Source: the human T2T-CHM13v2.0 reference genome, Homo sapiens. From it: a stretch of 64,000 nucleotides of DNA. The DNA lies in NCBI RefSeq assembly GCF_009914755.1, contig NC_060929.1; one strand, written 5' to 3'. How positions within the stretch are numbered: the first letter of the stretch is position 1; each line of letters starts with the position of its first letter. Below are positions 43,881 to 58,674 of the stretch, piece after piece. A program made the position numbers and the translations under genes. The notes under the pieces were generated by a model. The model saw nothing but the letters and a program-made list of their open reading frames with translations, made no database searches and was not told the DNA's origin.

Positions 43881-46572
43881 TTTTTTTTCACCTTTCCTTT
43901 TACTTAAGCTTGCATGGATGGTATATCCACCATCATGCAAATTACTCTATTCCAATATTTAAAAGAAGATTTACAGAGAAGTTCTTCCTTATCTCCTTCT
44001 CCTCTTCCTCCTTTTACTCCTGCTTCTTCTCTTTGTGGGCATTTTTTTCTTGGTATCTTTCCTTGCTCAAACATTCTGAAACATGAGGAAGAACTTGTTG
44101 GTACATATAATGGCATTAACTTTATGTTAGAAGATGGTTATTACTATACTGAGATGGTCTTCACTGGTGGAGCAGGTACAAAGTTTATAGTCTGCAAACA
44201 TAGAACTTTATCTTTTGTACACAGACTTAGGTCCTGAGTCCCATTTCTGCTGTTATTAGAAAATTGATGCCAAACAATTTTCTCTGTCTCTCTTATCCCA
44301 GTAGTTAGATAATTAGTCAATTCAGTATTTTATCTCATCCTTCACTATTTTTTCTCTTTCTCTCCTTGGTTTAGAAGATGAGTGAAGTGGGCAGGGACTT
44401 ATATGGCAACAATTGAATTACTCTCATTTTGTTTTCTAGTCACCATGTCAGTGCAGTTACCTTTACCCAACAGAGAATTATTTCCGCATGTACTTTTCTA
44501 TTCTCAACCACATCTCCTGGGGATGTAGAATACTTGGGGATATTCTTTCATGCTACTTCAGATTCAAAGAAAAATGGTGGTGGTGGTCGTGGTGGTGGTA
44601 TTGAGAGTGAATTTTGTTGTTGCTGTATTTGTTTTAGCTTTGTTTCCTCAACTTTCACACAGTATACAAGACACAGATTTTCTTTTCCAGGAAATTCTTA
44701 AAAATCCTCTGGGATTTCCTCCTGACACATACTTCCCCAATAATTTTAATAGATAGAGGAGATGCAAGGTTTATTTTGTATACACATCTGCTTTGGTCCT
44801 CAATATTTTATCACATATCAAACTATTTTCTCTTTCGGGATTGGAAAAATGACCTTACATCATTATAATTCTATGTCAGTCTATGGTTTCTACTAAGGAA
44901 TTTTATTGCTGAGCCATTCAGATTTGGGGGGGATGTGGCACTGGCTAAGGTTGTGTTCTCATGGGCTCCACATGGGTCCAGTCTCTGGTTCAGAGAGATC
45001 CAAGCCACACTTAATGTCGTCTATGTGACTATGAGTTCTTCCCCAAGCCTTGCGATGGAGTCCAGTTTCTTTCCTCAAAGTAAGTACTTTCTCTCCAAAT
45101 TTACCTAAAGTCACCAAACTTACAGTCTGAAGTGGTTATTTTAGAATTAGTGTTTCTTCTCTAATAAGAAGTTCCATTAGCTATTCAGACTTTTCAGATA
45201 GAACATTGCTAAGATACAATATAACTCATCTCTCTGTATCAAAACTATACAGACTTTGGTGACATTTTGCAGAATGATTCTTTTGAAACCTAAATGTTTC
45301 CTTTATATGCCGCCTTTATATGTCATAATGAATTACACTAGAACAAATTCAGGAATGAAAAAATGTTGTAGTCTGTATATCTATATAACTAAAGTAGCTC
45401 TGAACTCCTTGTTTTCCTTAGAAAGAAGACACTTTATTGAGTTATTTCCAAGCAAGCATTGCCATTTGAAAATTAAACTAAATTTCAAAATTTCAGAAAC
45501 TTCTTTTTAAAAATTTTGCTCTCCTTGTTTTACTATTTAAAAACTATCTTGTATTGTTACATCCCTTTATTTTTCAGTATTGAATACATTTGTATATTAA
45601 GTCCATAAGTAATATGGACTTCATATATGCTATACTATACTTCCTTTATCTCTGTCTCTGTCTTTCTGCCTTGAGTAGGTATGAATGCATGTATCTGTGC
45701 CAGACTTATAAAGATGCAACCACTTTGATTAAATCTACAGTAGTGTTGGTATCAAAAGAATGCAGTCCTGTAATTCAAAGTCATTTCAAAAAACATACTT
45801 TCTTGAATTACGTTTCTCAAACATCTTAAATTAGAAATACTGTTCATATTATATCTATTGTTCTCACTCCAAAGCTGTTCTTGTTCCTCATCCTTCACTC
45901 TCTTTTCCTTTCCAAAAGGAAGAAATTCCTCAGCAACCCCAACCCCAGCCTTCATGGGCTCAAATTGAGGCAGTTTAGCTCTTTAATTTGTGATCTTAGT
46001 ATAACATTATATTGTTGTGCATATTTCAACCTATAATATATTGATACTCAGAGTAGCGTATTTTAATGAAAAAGTTCAACCAGTGTAATACATTTTCTCT
46101 TCTAACAAATTGCGAATAAGGCTATTGTAGGAATAGTCTCCCAAGTAAAACTTTCCTTTTGAAATAATAGAGCATATTTTTATAAGCAGATTACTGAATA
46201 ATGACAGTCAAAAAGCATCTAGTTCAGATTTTTTTTAAATTGGAAAATTATTCTGGATTGTTTATACTATTTTTCATATATGAGAAGCAGACATGATTAT
46301 TGGTGGTATATCATCTCAGTAATGCCTTACAGTGAAGTTTTAAATTTTAGTCAAAATTTTATATAGCCTTTTTATCTTGCAGAGAACTAAGAGAGAGAGA
46401 GTATATGTTTAAATTTTGGCATAGAAAATAAAAAATAATTTTTCTTAGATAATTTAAGTTACTCTCTTCAATTAGATTGACATCATCAGCTTGTCTATGA
46501 TGCAACAAGACACTGTGAAGATTCTCTCTGGTTTTTACCTATAAATTTCTTGTGAACATTGCCTAAAAGAAG

Positions 46573-46632
46573 TGTGTGTGTGTGTATGCATGTGTGTGTG
46601 TGTGTGTGTTTGTGTGTGGTGTGTGTGTGTGT
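46573..46632. repeat. Interrupted (TG)n microsatellite
   Basis: Read directly in the sequence. Confidence 0.95.
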
Positions 46633-46999
46633 TCCCCTTGCACTGGTATTGATAACAACCGTTTTTGTTTTTTTTTTAATTTTCTAGTTCACTATGAAAC
46701 TGCTCTTTTTAATCCTTCAATATGGCTTCAAATATATTTTCAAGACTGGGAACTTTGCCAGTTTATTTTAATTTTTATCTCTGATAGAGCATCACAGACT
46801 GTATTGAAAGAATACTTTTATATATTATTAACTATCCTTATAATTTAGTTTAATATTAATTTGTATTCAAAAATATTGCTGGATACCTCTTGCAGCTCTA
46901 GGTGCTCCTGAGAAATAGTTTTAGTTACCTTTTAGATTTTTACTTTTTTAAAAAAAATGTATCCCTATATAAAAACAGCTTTGCTGCATCCCACAGATT

Positions 47000-47448
47000 T
47001 TGACTCCTCTTACCCTCCTCCTCTATCAACTTTACAGCTCTAAATGGATTGCCTGTTTGTGTGATTCAGATATCTTATCCCGCAGCTGTCTGAGACACTC
47101 ACATTCTTAGGCCAAGTCTGTCACCCTTATCCACTTACAGTCAAAATTGGGTAAGGAGGTAGAAGAATGTATTGTGAAAGGTATTCTTTCCTTCCTTCCT
47201 GTGTAGTAGCAGTCCTGCTTCCTGACCATGAAGAACAATCTCCTGCCAAGATGGTGGCTCCTTTTCTTGCCTGCTGATCTGTTCACACAGGACCCTGAAG
47301 TATTCAACACAGCTTAAGCTTTACGAGAATCTTGCTGTGTCCTTTGTATAAAATGTTTTCCCTCTGGGAAATGACACGTCTAAGCATAGTGGCCAGAGAT
47401 TCAGCAGTAGGAAGCACAATGAGCCGCTGGTAGTGACGGTAGTCAGGG
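47000..47448 (-). mobile_element. Ancient ERVL internal fragment (3' end of pol region)
   Basis: tgtgtagtagcagtcctg...gccaagatggtggctcc...cttgcctgctgatct resembles ERVL-E/ERV3-16A3 internal sequence. Confidence 0.55.
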
Positions 47449-47652
47449 CATGGTAGGATTTTTGTCCCCAGGATTTTCACCTTCTTATGTTATGCCTGTG
47501 AATATGTTACCTTCAAGGCAAAATGAATTAAAGTTTCAGACAGAAATGAGTTTCCTAATATAATAATCATGAAATAAGAAGATTATCCTGGGTGATTCTG
47601 GTGGGTTTAATGTAATCATAAAGCCTTTACAAGCAAAAGAAGGAGGTGGAAT
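47449..47652 (+). mobile_element. 5' half of an MLT1D/E LTR
   Basis: cctgtgaatatgttacctt...agattatcctgggt...aatgtaatca. Confidence 0.75.
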
Positions 47653-47654
47653 AT

Positions 47655-50600
47655 TTGATCCAGTACACTCCCAGTTGTGGCCACAGGGATGCTTGTGTCA
47701 CTCCACACCCAGTTCATGGGGGCTAAGAAAACAGAGAGAGAGAGAGAGACTCAATTTGTACAGGAGAACTTAAGGGAAGAAAACAAAGTATCTGCTTGGT
47801 AATCCAGAAAATTCTTCTGGATCTTACCCAAGATGATCAAAGTGATACCAGTGCAAATCTGCAAGAACAAAGCTGTAGTAGGCTTTGGGTACCCCCTAAT
47901 TCAGATACAGCTTACGTAAAAACACACAAGTTTTTTCAAATACCTAAAAATTGTTCCCAAGAAAGATGGGTACAAACAATCCCAAACTGAGAAGAATACA
48001 ATAAATAACTACTCTTCAATGCCCAGACAGAGACAAACATCTATAAGCATCAAGGCCATACAGGAAAACATGACCACACCAAATGAACTAAATAAGGCAC
48101 TAGGGACCAGTCCTTGAGAAACAGAGATACGTGATCTTTCAGACAGATAATTCAAAATAACTGTGTTGAGGAAACCCAAAGAATTTCTAGATAAACACAC
48201 AGAAGGATTTCAGAATTCTATCAGATACATTTAACAAAGAGATAGAAATAATTAAATAGAAGCAAGCAGACATTCTGAAGCTGAATAATGCAACTGGCAT
48301 GAAGAATGCATCAGAGTCCTTTAATAGCAGAACTGGTCAAACAGAAAAAAGAATTAATGAGCTTGAAGACAGGCTATTTAAAAATACACAACTGGATGAG
48401 ACAAAATTAAAAAGAATAAAAAATAATTAAGCACATTTACAGAATCTAGAAAATAGCCTCAAAGGGACAAATGTTAAGAGTTATTGGCCTTAAAGAGGAG
48501 GTAGAGAAAGAGATAGTAATAGAAAGTTTATTCAAAGAGATAATAACAGAGAATTTCCCAAACCTAGAGAAAGACATCAATATCCAAATACAAGAAGGTT
48601 ATAGAACACCAAGCAGATTTAAAACAAAGAAGACTACTTCAAGGCATTTAATATTCAAACTCCCAAAGATCAGGGTTAAAAAAAAAGGATTCTAAAACCA
48701 TCAAGAGAAAAGAAACAAAAAACATACAATGGAGCTCCAAAAGGGCTAGCAGTAGACTTTTCATTGGAAATATTACAGGCCAGGAGAGAGTGGCATGACA
48801 TATTTTAAGTAATGAAGAAAAAACCTTTTCCCCTAGAATAGTATATCTGGCAAAAATATCCTTCAAACAGGAAGAAAAAATAAAAACTCCTATGAAAACA
48901 AAAGCTGGGGTTTTTCATCAACACTAGATGTTTCCTACAAGAAATACTAAACGGTGTAGTTCAATCAGAAAGAAAAACATGTTAATGAGCAATAAGAAAT
49001 CAGCTGAAGGTACAAAACTCACTGGTAATTGTAAGTACACAGAAAAAGCAGAATATTATAACATTGTAACTGTGATGTGTAAACTACTCTTATCTTAACT
49101 AGAAAGACTCAGTAATGAACCAATAAAAAATAATAGCAACAAAAACCTTTCAAGACATAGACAGTATAATAAAATATTAACAGAAACAATAAAAACTTAA
49201 AAAGCAGGGGTATGAAGTTAAGGTATATAGTTTTTATTAGTTTTTTTTTTTTTTTTGCTTTTGGTTTGTTTACTTAACAGTGTTAAGTTGTTATAAGTTT
49301 AAAATCATATAATTTGCCAGTCTCATGATAAACTCATGTCAAGAAACACAATGAATATACAAAAAATAAAAAAGCAAGAAATTAAAACATATTATCAGAG
49401 AATATCACCTTTACTAAAAGGAAGACTAAAAGGAAACAAAAAAATAAGAAAGAAAATATCATAAAACAACCATAAAACAAATAACAAAATGGTTATTATT
49501 GATTATAACATTAAATGCAAATGGACTAAACTCTCTAATGAAGAGAGTTTCAGCCTGGCTGAATGGAAGAAAAAACAAGACCCACAAATCTCTTGCCAAC
49601 GAGAAAACACTTCACCTATAAAAAACACAAAGTAAAAATAAAGGGATGGGAAAGGATATTCTATGCAATTGAAAACTAAGAAAGACCAGGAGTAGCTATA
49701 CTTATATCAGAAAAAAGAGACTTCAAGGCAAAAATGATAAGAACAGACAAAGAAGTCCATTTTATAATGATAAAATTGTAAATTCATGAAGGGAATATAA
49801 CAATAGTAAATTCAGTGAGAGGATATATATTTACAAACACACATATATGTATATAACAATTCTCTTTCTCTTTATATATATGTGTGCATGTATATATGTG
49901 TGTGTATATATATGCACATATATAAATATCTATATATACACACATATATATAATTGTTATATCTTCTTTCTCAATTTACAACTTTATCATATATATGATG
50001 GTTAATATTGAGTGTCAACTTGATTGGATTGAAGCATGCAAAGTATTGTTGCTTGGTGTGTCTGTGGGGGTGTTGACAAAGGAGATTAACATTTGAGTCA
50101 GTGGACTGGAAAAGGAAGACCCATCCTTAATTAGGGTGGGCACAATCTAATCATTTGCCAGCATGGTCAGAATAAAAGTAGGCAAAAGAACGCAGACAGA
50201 TTAGACAATCTTAGCCTCCAAGCCTACATCTTTCTCCCATGCTGGATGCTTCCTGCCCTTGAACATCAGACTCCAAGTTCTTCAGCTTTGAGACTCATAT
50301 TGGCTTCCTTGCCCCTCAGCTTGCAGATAGCCTACTGTGGGACTTCACCTTGTGATTGTGTGAGTTAATACTCCTTAATAATCTCCCCTTTATATATACA
50401 TCTATCCTATTAATTCTATCCCTGTAAAAAACCCTGGCTAATACAACACCCAACACAGGAGCACCCAGATATGTAAAGCAAATAATTCTAGAGATAAATA
50501 GAAAGATAGGCCTCAATACAATAAGAGCTGGAAACTTCACCATCACATTTTCAGCACCGGACAGATCTTCCAGACATAAAATCAACAAAGACACATCAGG

Positions 50601-52186
50601 CTTAATATGCACTACTGACCAAATTGACCCATAAATATTTACAGAATATTTCCTCCAAAAGCTACAGAATACACATTCTTTTCCTCAGCACACGGATCTT
50701 TCTCGAAGATAGACCATATGTTGGGTCACAGAACAATTCTTAAAGTGCTCAAAATAATTGAAATAATATTAAGCATCTTCTCTGACTTCAGTGGAATAAA
50801 ACTACTCATAAATCAAACAGGTAATTTGGAAACTTTATAAACAAATGGAAATTAAACAATATGTACCTGAATGATGAGTGCATCAATGAAGAAATTAAGA
50901 AAATTGAAAAATATTTTGAAGCAAATGATAATGAAAACACAACATACCAAAACCTATGGGATACAGCAAAAACAGTACTAAGAGGGAACTTTATAGCTAT
51001 ATATACTTACATCATAAAAGAAGAAAAACTTCAAATAAACTACCTAAAATGCATCTTGAAGAATTAGAAAAGCGGGATCAAACCAAACCCAAAGTTAGTA
51101 GAAGAAAATACATAATAAAGATCAGAGCACAAATAAATAAATTTAAAATGAAGAAAACAATACAAAAGATCAACAAAACAAAAAGTTTGTTTTTTGAAAA
51201 GATAAACAAAATTGAAAACTTTTAGCCAGGCTAACTAAGAAAAAAAAGGAGAATATCCAAATAAATATAATCAGAAATGAAAAAGAAGACATTACCATTA
51301 TGATTGTTGCTGCAGGAATTCAAAGGATCATTAGAGGCTACTATAAGCAAATGTATGCCAATAAATTGGAAAATAGAGAAGAAATTAATAAATTCCTAGA
51401 TACATACAACCTGCCAATATTGAATCAGGAAGACATCCAAAACCTGCACAGACCAATAACAAGTAACAAGATTGAAGCAATCATAAAATTCTCCCAAAAA
51501 GAAAAGCCTCAGACTTGATGGTTTCCTCACTGAGTTCTACCAAACATTTAAGAAAATACTAACACAAATCCTACTCAAACCATCCTAAAAAGCAGAGGAA
51601 GAGTGAATATCTCTAGATTCATTGTATGAAGCCAGTATTACCCTGATACCAAAACCAGACAAAGAGACCTCAAATAAAGATGACTATAAGCAATATCACT
51701 GATGAATATAAATATGCTCATCAAAACACTAGTGTATCAAATTAAACAATAAGTTAAAGAAATCATTCATCATGGTGAAGTGGGATTTATCCCTGGGATG
51801 CAAGGGAGGTTCAACATATGTAAATCAATCAATGTGATTCATCATATCAACAGAATAAGAGACAAAAACCATATGATAATTTCAATTGATGCTGAGAAAG
51901 CATTTGATAAAATTCAACATCGCTTCCTCATAAAAACCTCAAAAACCGGGGTATATTAAGAACGTACCTGGACATAATAAAAGCCATATACAACAGACCC
52001 ATAGCTACTATCACACTGAGTAGGGAAAAACAGAACACCTTTCCTCTAAGACTGGGAACACAACAAGGATGTGTACTTTCACCACTGTTTTTCAACATAT
52101 TACTAGCTAGAGAAATCAGACAAATGAAAGAAATAAAGGTCATCCAAACTGGAAAGAAAGAATGCAAATTATCCTTCTTTGCAGAT
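47655..52186 (+). mobile_element. L1MA1/2-type element, 5'- and 3'-truncated (end of UTR, ORF1, ORF2 up to RT)
   Basis: ORF 48471..48695 (ENFPNLEKDINIQIQE) and ORF2 fragments at 50861-51518; stops abruptly at tttgcagat. Confidence 0.9.
49994..50445 (+). mobile_element. MLT2A (HERV-L) solo LTR
   Basis: tgatggttaatattgagtgtcaacttgattggattgaag start; ccctggctaataca end. Confidence 0.93.
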
Positions 52187-52879
52187 TAGTATACAGCAAA
52201 AGTACAAAATTTAAAAAATATACAGTCATACCAGATATTGTATAGGAACTGGGGTTGGCAAATATGTAGAAAATGTTATTTAATGTATTTTTAAAATGCC
52301 ACAAAAAGCCCTTTAGATGTCATTGTGTATGTGTCTTTTTTTGTGTGTATGTATGTGTGTTGTGTGTGCATGTGTGTATGAAAAAGAGAGAGATTAATTT
52401 TCCTTTATAATTAAAGAGCTTTATTGGAACTTTAGTAAAACTGTTAAAATGGGCTCTAATATTTTAAGTAAGAATAATTTGATTTTAAAATAAACTATAT
52501 TTATCAGTTACTCTCTTTTATCCTAAAGTTAAAACTCACACCTGCATATAAGAGTTACATAGTTAAAGACAAAATAATTACTGAAGAAAATAGAAGATAA
52601 AGAGGTAGCATTGCTGATAACTTGGTATTTGATAATACCTTTACTTGCTATATAGGAGTTCTCTGGACATATTTTTCTTTTCACTACGTCATATCATTCT
52701 CAAGTATTACAAGCTTATAATGGGCAAGACTAATAGGAGCTTCTGCAAAACATGCCTTCTTTAAACTTAGGTCTAAAAATGTGATTTTGTCAGTTAGACT
52801 TTCAGAACAGGCAGATTGTCTCATGTTTTACAGAAGACTGAACAGAGAATAGACAATTATGGTAACAGACTGCCCTTAT

Positions 52880-53050
52880 TTTTACTTTTTATTTTGCAGT
52901 AATTGTAGACAAACAAGAAGTTGCAAAAAATATCACAAAAAGGTATTACACATCTTCACCCAGCTTCCCCCAGTGTCACACCTGCATAATTGTAGAACAT
53001 AATCAACATTAGGCGATTAACACTGTCACACTACTACTAATTAAGCATAT
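52880..53050 (-). mobile_element. L1MC4/5-like 3' end fragment
   Basis: gaagttgcaaaaaata...cttcacccagcttccccca. Confidence 0.6.
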
Positions 53051-53503
53051 ATGGTTAAACTCAGCTTGCCTGCTACAACTTTGCGCAACCTCTGAGTGAC
53101 CTGGAGTCACAGTGCTAACAATTGATCAAACCTGAAAGAAATGTACTATCAAGACATTAATATATTCCTATATCAAAGACAACTTGCACTATCTTCTCAG
53201 CGTATTTTCTGGTGAAAAATAAATGAATCAGTATTTTGCACCTAGTTTATGTTTTCATAATTCTTGCTATTTAGCCTTGTCATACCTGGTTTTACTTACA
53301 TGATCAGAAGAGTAATTAAAAAAAATTCTTGGTATGAAACTGTAGCTTCCCTGAAACTAAAGTGTTTCATATGTATCTGCTATTTCAAAATCCGAAGAAG
53401 CTGCCTTGTGTGACCAAGAAAGGAACATGAGAGCTGCAATCTGTATTTTAAAGAAATTTTCTAATATATCTAGATAGTCGAAATTGTTACATGAAATTGT
53501 TCA

Positions 53504-53793
53504 TGGCAGTGGCTCAGTCTAACCCCATCACTTTGGGAGGCGAAGGCGGGTGGATCATCTGAGGTCAGGAGTTCAAGACCAGCCTGGCCAGTATGGTGAA
53601 ACCCGGTCTATACTAAAAATACAAAAAATTAGCTAGGCATGGTGTCGAGCATCTGTAATCCCAGCTACTTGGGAGGCTGAGGCGGAAGAATTGCTTGAAC
53701 CCCGAGGCGGAGGTTGCAGTGAGCCAAGATCGTGCCATTGCACTCCAGCCTGGGCTACAAGAGTGAAACTCCGACCCAAAAAAAAAAAAAAAA
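53504..53793 (+). mobile_element. AluS (Sx-like)
   Basis: Dimeric Alu with an A tail; 5' terminus degraded. Confidence 0.95.
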
Positions 53794-53870
53794 GTTCGTA
53801 ATATTTTCTTATAATTTCAATGTTTGCAGAATGTATAGTAATGTCTCCTCATTCATGTATTATTATTATT

Positions 53871-54892
53871 TTTTCTTTTTTTGTTTTTTTATTTTTATTT
53901 TTATTATACTTTAAGTTTTAGGGTATATGTGCACAACGTGCAGGTTAGTTACATATGTATACATGTGCCATGTTGGTGTGCTGCACCCATTAACTTGTCA
54001 TTTAGCATTAGGTATATGTCCTAATGCTATCCCTTCCCCCTCCCCCTCCCCCACAACAGGCACTGGTGTGTGATGTTCCCCTTCCTGTGTCCATGTGTTC
54101 TCATTGTTCAATTCCCACCTATGAGTGAGAACATGCGGTGTTTGGTTTTTTGTCCTTGTGATAGTTTGCTCAGAATGATGGTTTCCAGCTTCATCCATGT
54201 CCCTACAAAGGACATGAACTCATCATTTTTTATGGCTGCACAGTATTCCATGGTGTATATGTGCCACATTTTCTTAATCCAGTTTATCCTTGTTGGACAT
54301 TTGGGTTGGTTCCAAGTCTTTGCTATTGTGTTTAGTGCCGCAATAAACGCACATGTACACGTGTGATTATAGCAGCATGATTTATAATCTTTTGGGTATA
54401 TACCCAGTAATGGGATGGCTGGGTCAAATGGTATTTCTAGTTCTAGATCCCTGAGGAATCGCCACACTGACTTCCACAATGGTTGAACTAGTTTACAGTC
54501 CCACCAACAGTGTAAAGTGTTCCTATTTCTCCACATCCTCTCCAGCACCTGTTGTTTCCTGACTTTTTAATGATCGCCATTCTAACTGATGTGAGATGGT
54601 ATCTCACTGTGGTTTTGATTTGCATTTCTCTGATGGCCAGTGATGATGAGCATTTTTTCATGTGTGTGTTGGCTGCATAAATGTCTTCTTTTGAAAAGTG
54701 TCTGTTCATATTCTTCACCCATTTTGATGGAGTTGTTTTTTTTTCTTGTAAATTTGTTTGAGTTCATTGTAGATTCTGAATATTAGCCCTTTGTCAGATG
54801 AGTAGATTGCAAAAATATTCTCCCATTCTGTGGGTTGCCTGTTCACTCTGATGGTAGTTTCTTTTGCTGTGCAGAAGCTCTTTAGTTTAATT
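53871..54892 (-). mobile_element. 5'-truncated ~1-kb L1PA3/4-like 3' end
   Basis: T-rich tail; ggttagttacat and tttagcattagg diagnostics; ORF2 C-terminal peptides at 54108..54548 and 54488..54718. Confidence 0.93.
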
Positions 54893-55279
54893 ATTTATAA
54901 ATTTATCTTTCTTTGATCAATCTTGCAAGAAGTTTATCAACTTCATAACTATTGTTAACTAATCAGAATTGATCTTATGGAATGTTGTTTTTGTCCATAT
55001 TTTTACATTTTTTTCTACTCAGCTCTTTATTATTTTCTTTCTTTAACTTATTTTCATTTGAATTTTGCTTTTCTTTTTTTATTAAATTCTTAGAGTGGGT
55101 GATTAAATCAACAGTTTAAAAATTTTTATTTTAATCCAATATAAGCACTTAGAGCTATTAATTTCCTTTCTAGCTTTATAAGCATCCCATAAACTTGTGT
55201 ATGTTGTAGTTACATGTTCATTAATGTCCAAGAAACTACTTTTCTTTGTGATTTGTTTTTTGGGTCATGGGTTATTTAG

Positions 55280-55674
<395 letters not shown>

Positions 55675-56246
55675 CTGGAATTTTTAAAAACATATTGAGA
55701 TTTCCTTTATGGCCAACAATACGCATGATATTGGTAAATAATTTGTGAATATTTGGAAAGAATTGCCAGCTATTTTAAGGTTATTTTATAAATGTCAATT
55801 TGGTCATGTTGGTTGTTGGTAGTGTTCAAATCTTCTATATTTCTACTGACTAACTGTCTTCTGGCTCTATCAGTTATTCAAAATTCCTACTGTATTTGTG
55901 AATTTATCTTTCTTTGTGGTTGTCAGCACTATGCATTAGGTAATTTGAAATTTCTGTTATTTGATGAATATGAGTTTAAGGTTATTACATCGCTTTTGCC
56001 ATTACGAAATGACTATTTATAACTGGTAATATTCTTTGTTCTGAAAAATACTTAGATATTGAAATAGCCATTTCAACTGTTTTTTGATTATTTAAAAAAT
56101 TTTTACAATTTTTAAAATAATGTGTGTTAAGAGTTTATTTTATTTTAAGGCAGGATGTAGTGTAGTCTTTTTAAATTTTGAATTCAGTTGTATTATGTTG
56201 AATATTTAGAACATTGACTTTTAATGTGATTATTGATATTATTGAA

Positions 56247-56576
56247 TTTTTTTCTTTTTCTTCTTTCTTCCTTTTATTTTTTTTTTCTTTTTGGACTCAG
56301 GGTCTTGCTCTGTCACCCAGGGAAAGCAATGGCACAATCAGGCTCACTACAGCCTTGACTTTCTGGGATCAAATGACCCTCCCACCTCAGCCTCCCAAAT
56401 ATTCTGCCTTTTGAGTAGCTAGGACCAGAGGTGTGCATCACCATGCCCAGCTAATGTTTAAAATTGTTGGAGAAGAGGTCTCACCCTATTGCCCAGGCCA
56501 TTCTTGAACTTCAGGTCTCAAGTGGTCCTCTGCCTCCCAAATGCTGGGATCACAGGCATGAGCCACCACGCCCAGC
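56247..56576 (-). mobile_element. AluJ, diverged
   Basis: cagggtcttgctctgtcaccca...ctcactacagccttgac...tcaagtggtcctc. Confidence 0.9.
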
Positions 56577-57871
56577 AATTAGATTTCAATTAAATCATTT
56601 TTTCTATTAGTCCTTTTTTGTCCCTTCTTCCATTCTTCCTTTTTTTTTCTTTTTAGCCAACATTCTAGCTAAACTATTATTTTTATTGTATTATTTTACC
56701 TCTCGGCTTATTAACTATAATTTTGGTTTCATGTTTTAATAGCTGCTTAGAGTTAATAGCATATGTTTTTAATTCATCATATTGTAACTTCTAATTATAT
56801 CATACTACTTTACATATACTGTAAGAAACTTATACTAGTATATTTTCATTTCTCACTTTTTAACTTTTGTGTTATTGTTATACATTTTTATTTTATATAT
56901 GTTATACATTCATTATATTGTTATCATTTTTTTTGCAACCAGGTAAGTATATTTCAGAAGAATTTATACCTTAAAAAACTCCTATGTTTACCTGTATAGT
57001 TTCTTTTCCAATGTTTCTTATTCTTTTGTGTAGTTCCACATATCCCTCTGGTACCATTTTCACTTTGATTGAAGGACTTCCTTAAACATTTCTTGTAATG
57101 TGTGTCTGTTGGTGAATTTGTTTAGGTTTTATACGTTTGAGAGAAGTCTTCACCCTCTCTTTTAAGAGGTTATTGCATGTAATGTTCCACTATTTTCTTG
57201 TTTGCATTGTCCCATACTAAAATAAATATTCTGACAAGTTTATCTTTGCTTCCATGCACATAACATGGGTTTTTCTTTGGGAAGATTGTAATACTTTCTG
57301 CTACTTCCTTTGTATGAGCAATTTAATTAAATTGTCTCGGTGTAATTTTCTTTATGTTTCTTTTACTTGGAGATTGTTGAGTTTCTTAGATATGCGAGTT
57401 TATAATTTTTATCAAAATTTGAACATTTTCATAATTCTCAATATTACTCAAACTTTATTTTATGTTCCCATTTCTTCCCTTGGGGACTTTGCACACAAGC
57501 TAAGCTTAGTAGTCATCTGAATATTTGAGCAGATCCTCTGCATATCTCTTAAGTTCTCTCTCTGCTCTCCAGTTCTCTGTGATGCAAATTCTTGCCACCT
57601 TAATTTTTCTGAATTCTCAGCTACACCTGCTAACTCAGGGAGTCCAACATGCTATGACAGAATCCTCCCTTTCTGTGCAATAGCCTAAAAATACTCTTTT
57701 TGTACCTGTTCCAAGGCAGACTATTAGGATGGGACACACACACAAATACACACACACACACACCATCTCACAGCTATCGCTAACTTGCACTACCCAGTAT
57801 CCAGTATCTTGCAAACATTTTGTCTGTGGTATGATTGTTCCAAAGTAGACAGTAAATTTGGTCTCTGTTAT

Positions 57872-58674
57872 TGATACTGGAGGGGAGCAGGGAAGTACTA
57901 GTTAGAGAAGGGTGGGGTACCTGGTGAGGGCTACACCTTGGACCTGTGCCAGGAACCTAAGTGAGGAAAAACATTTCTGTTTTCACACCCAAAAAATTGT
58001 CTTTTGGCCCACTACACCCCCCGCCATTCTGTATCCATAAAAACCTGAGACCTAGTGGGCACAGACACAAGTAGTTGGACATTGGGAGGAGTAAAAGAAC
58101 ACACTGACACACACCAGCAGACACTGGTAGGCCATTGATGGTGGAAAGATGTGGATGCCAAGGGGAATTTGGCCTGGGGCGGTCAGAGGAGAGTCTGGCC
58201 ACTGGTGGCCTGACTCCAGGGGAAGACCACGTTCCCAATGCATTCCTCTTCTGGCTCCCCATTCACCTCGCTGAGAGCTACCTCCATCACTCAATAAAAA
58301 CTTACACTCATCCTCCAAACCCATGTGTGATCCAATTTTTCCTGTACACTAGGGCAAGTACTCAGGATATGGAAAGCTCTCTGTTCTTGCGAAGAGGCAG
58401 AGGGTCTAATTTAGCTGATTAACACAAGCTTCCTGCAGTTGGCAAACCTGAAAGAGCACACTGTAACATGTGCCCACTGGGGCTTCAATAGCTATAAACA
58501 CTCATCCCTAGATGGTGTCGTGGGATCGAAGCCCAAAAATGCTCCCCACGACTTCTGCAGCTGCCTGTCTGCATGCTCCTCCTAGGGGTTTGAGTAGTGG
58601 GTGGGCACTGAAGAAGAGAGCCACACCACTGTTGCATGTCCTGTGAGGGGGATAAGGGAACTTCTCCCACTTCG
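57872..58674 (+). mobile_element. LTR1-family (ERV1, HUERS-P2-type) solo LTR
   Basis: tgatactggaggggagcagggaagt start, internal aataaa, end ttcg; perfect 4-bp TSD ttat at 57868-57871 and 58675-58678. Confidence 0.85.

Noticed and set aside
44922-45079. Possible plus-strand exon (cattcag ... gtaagt)
   Set aside because: Weak polypyrimidine tract, no coding signal and no partner exons; compatible with chance.
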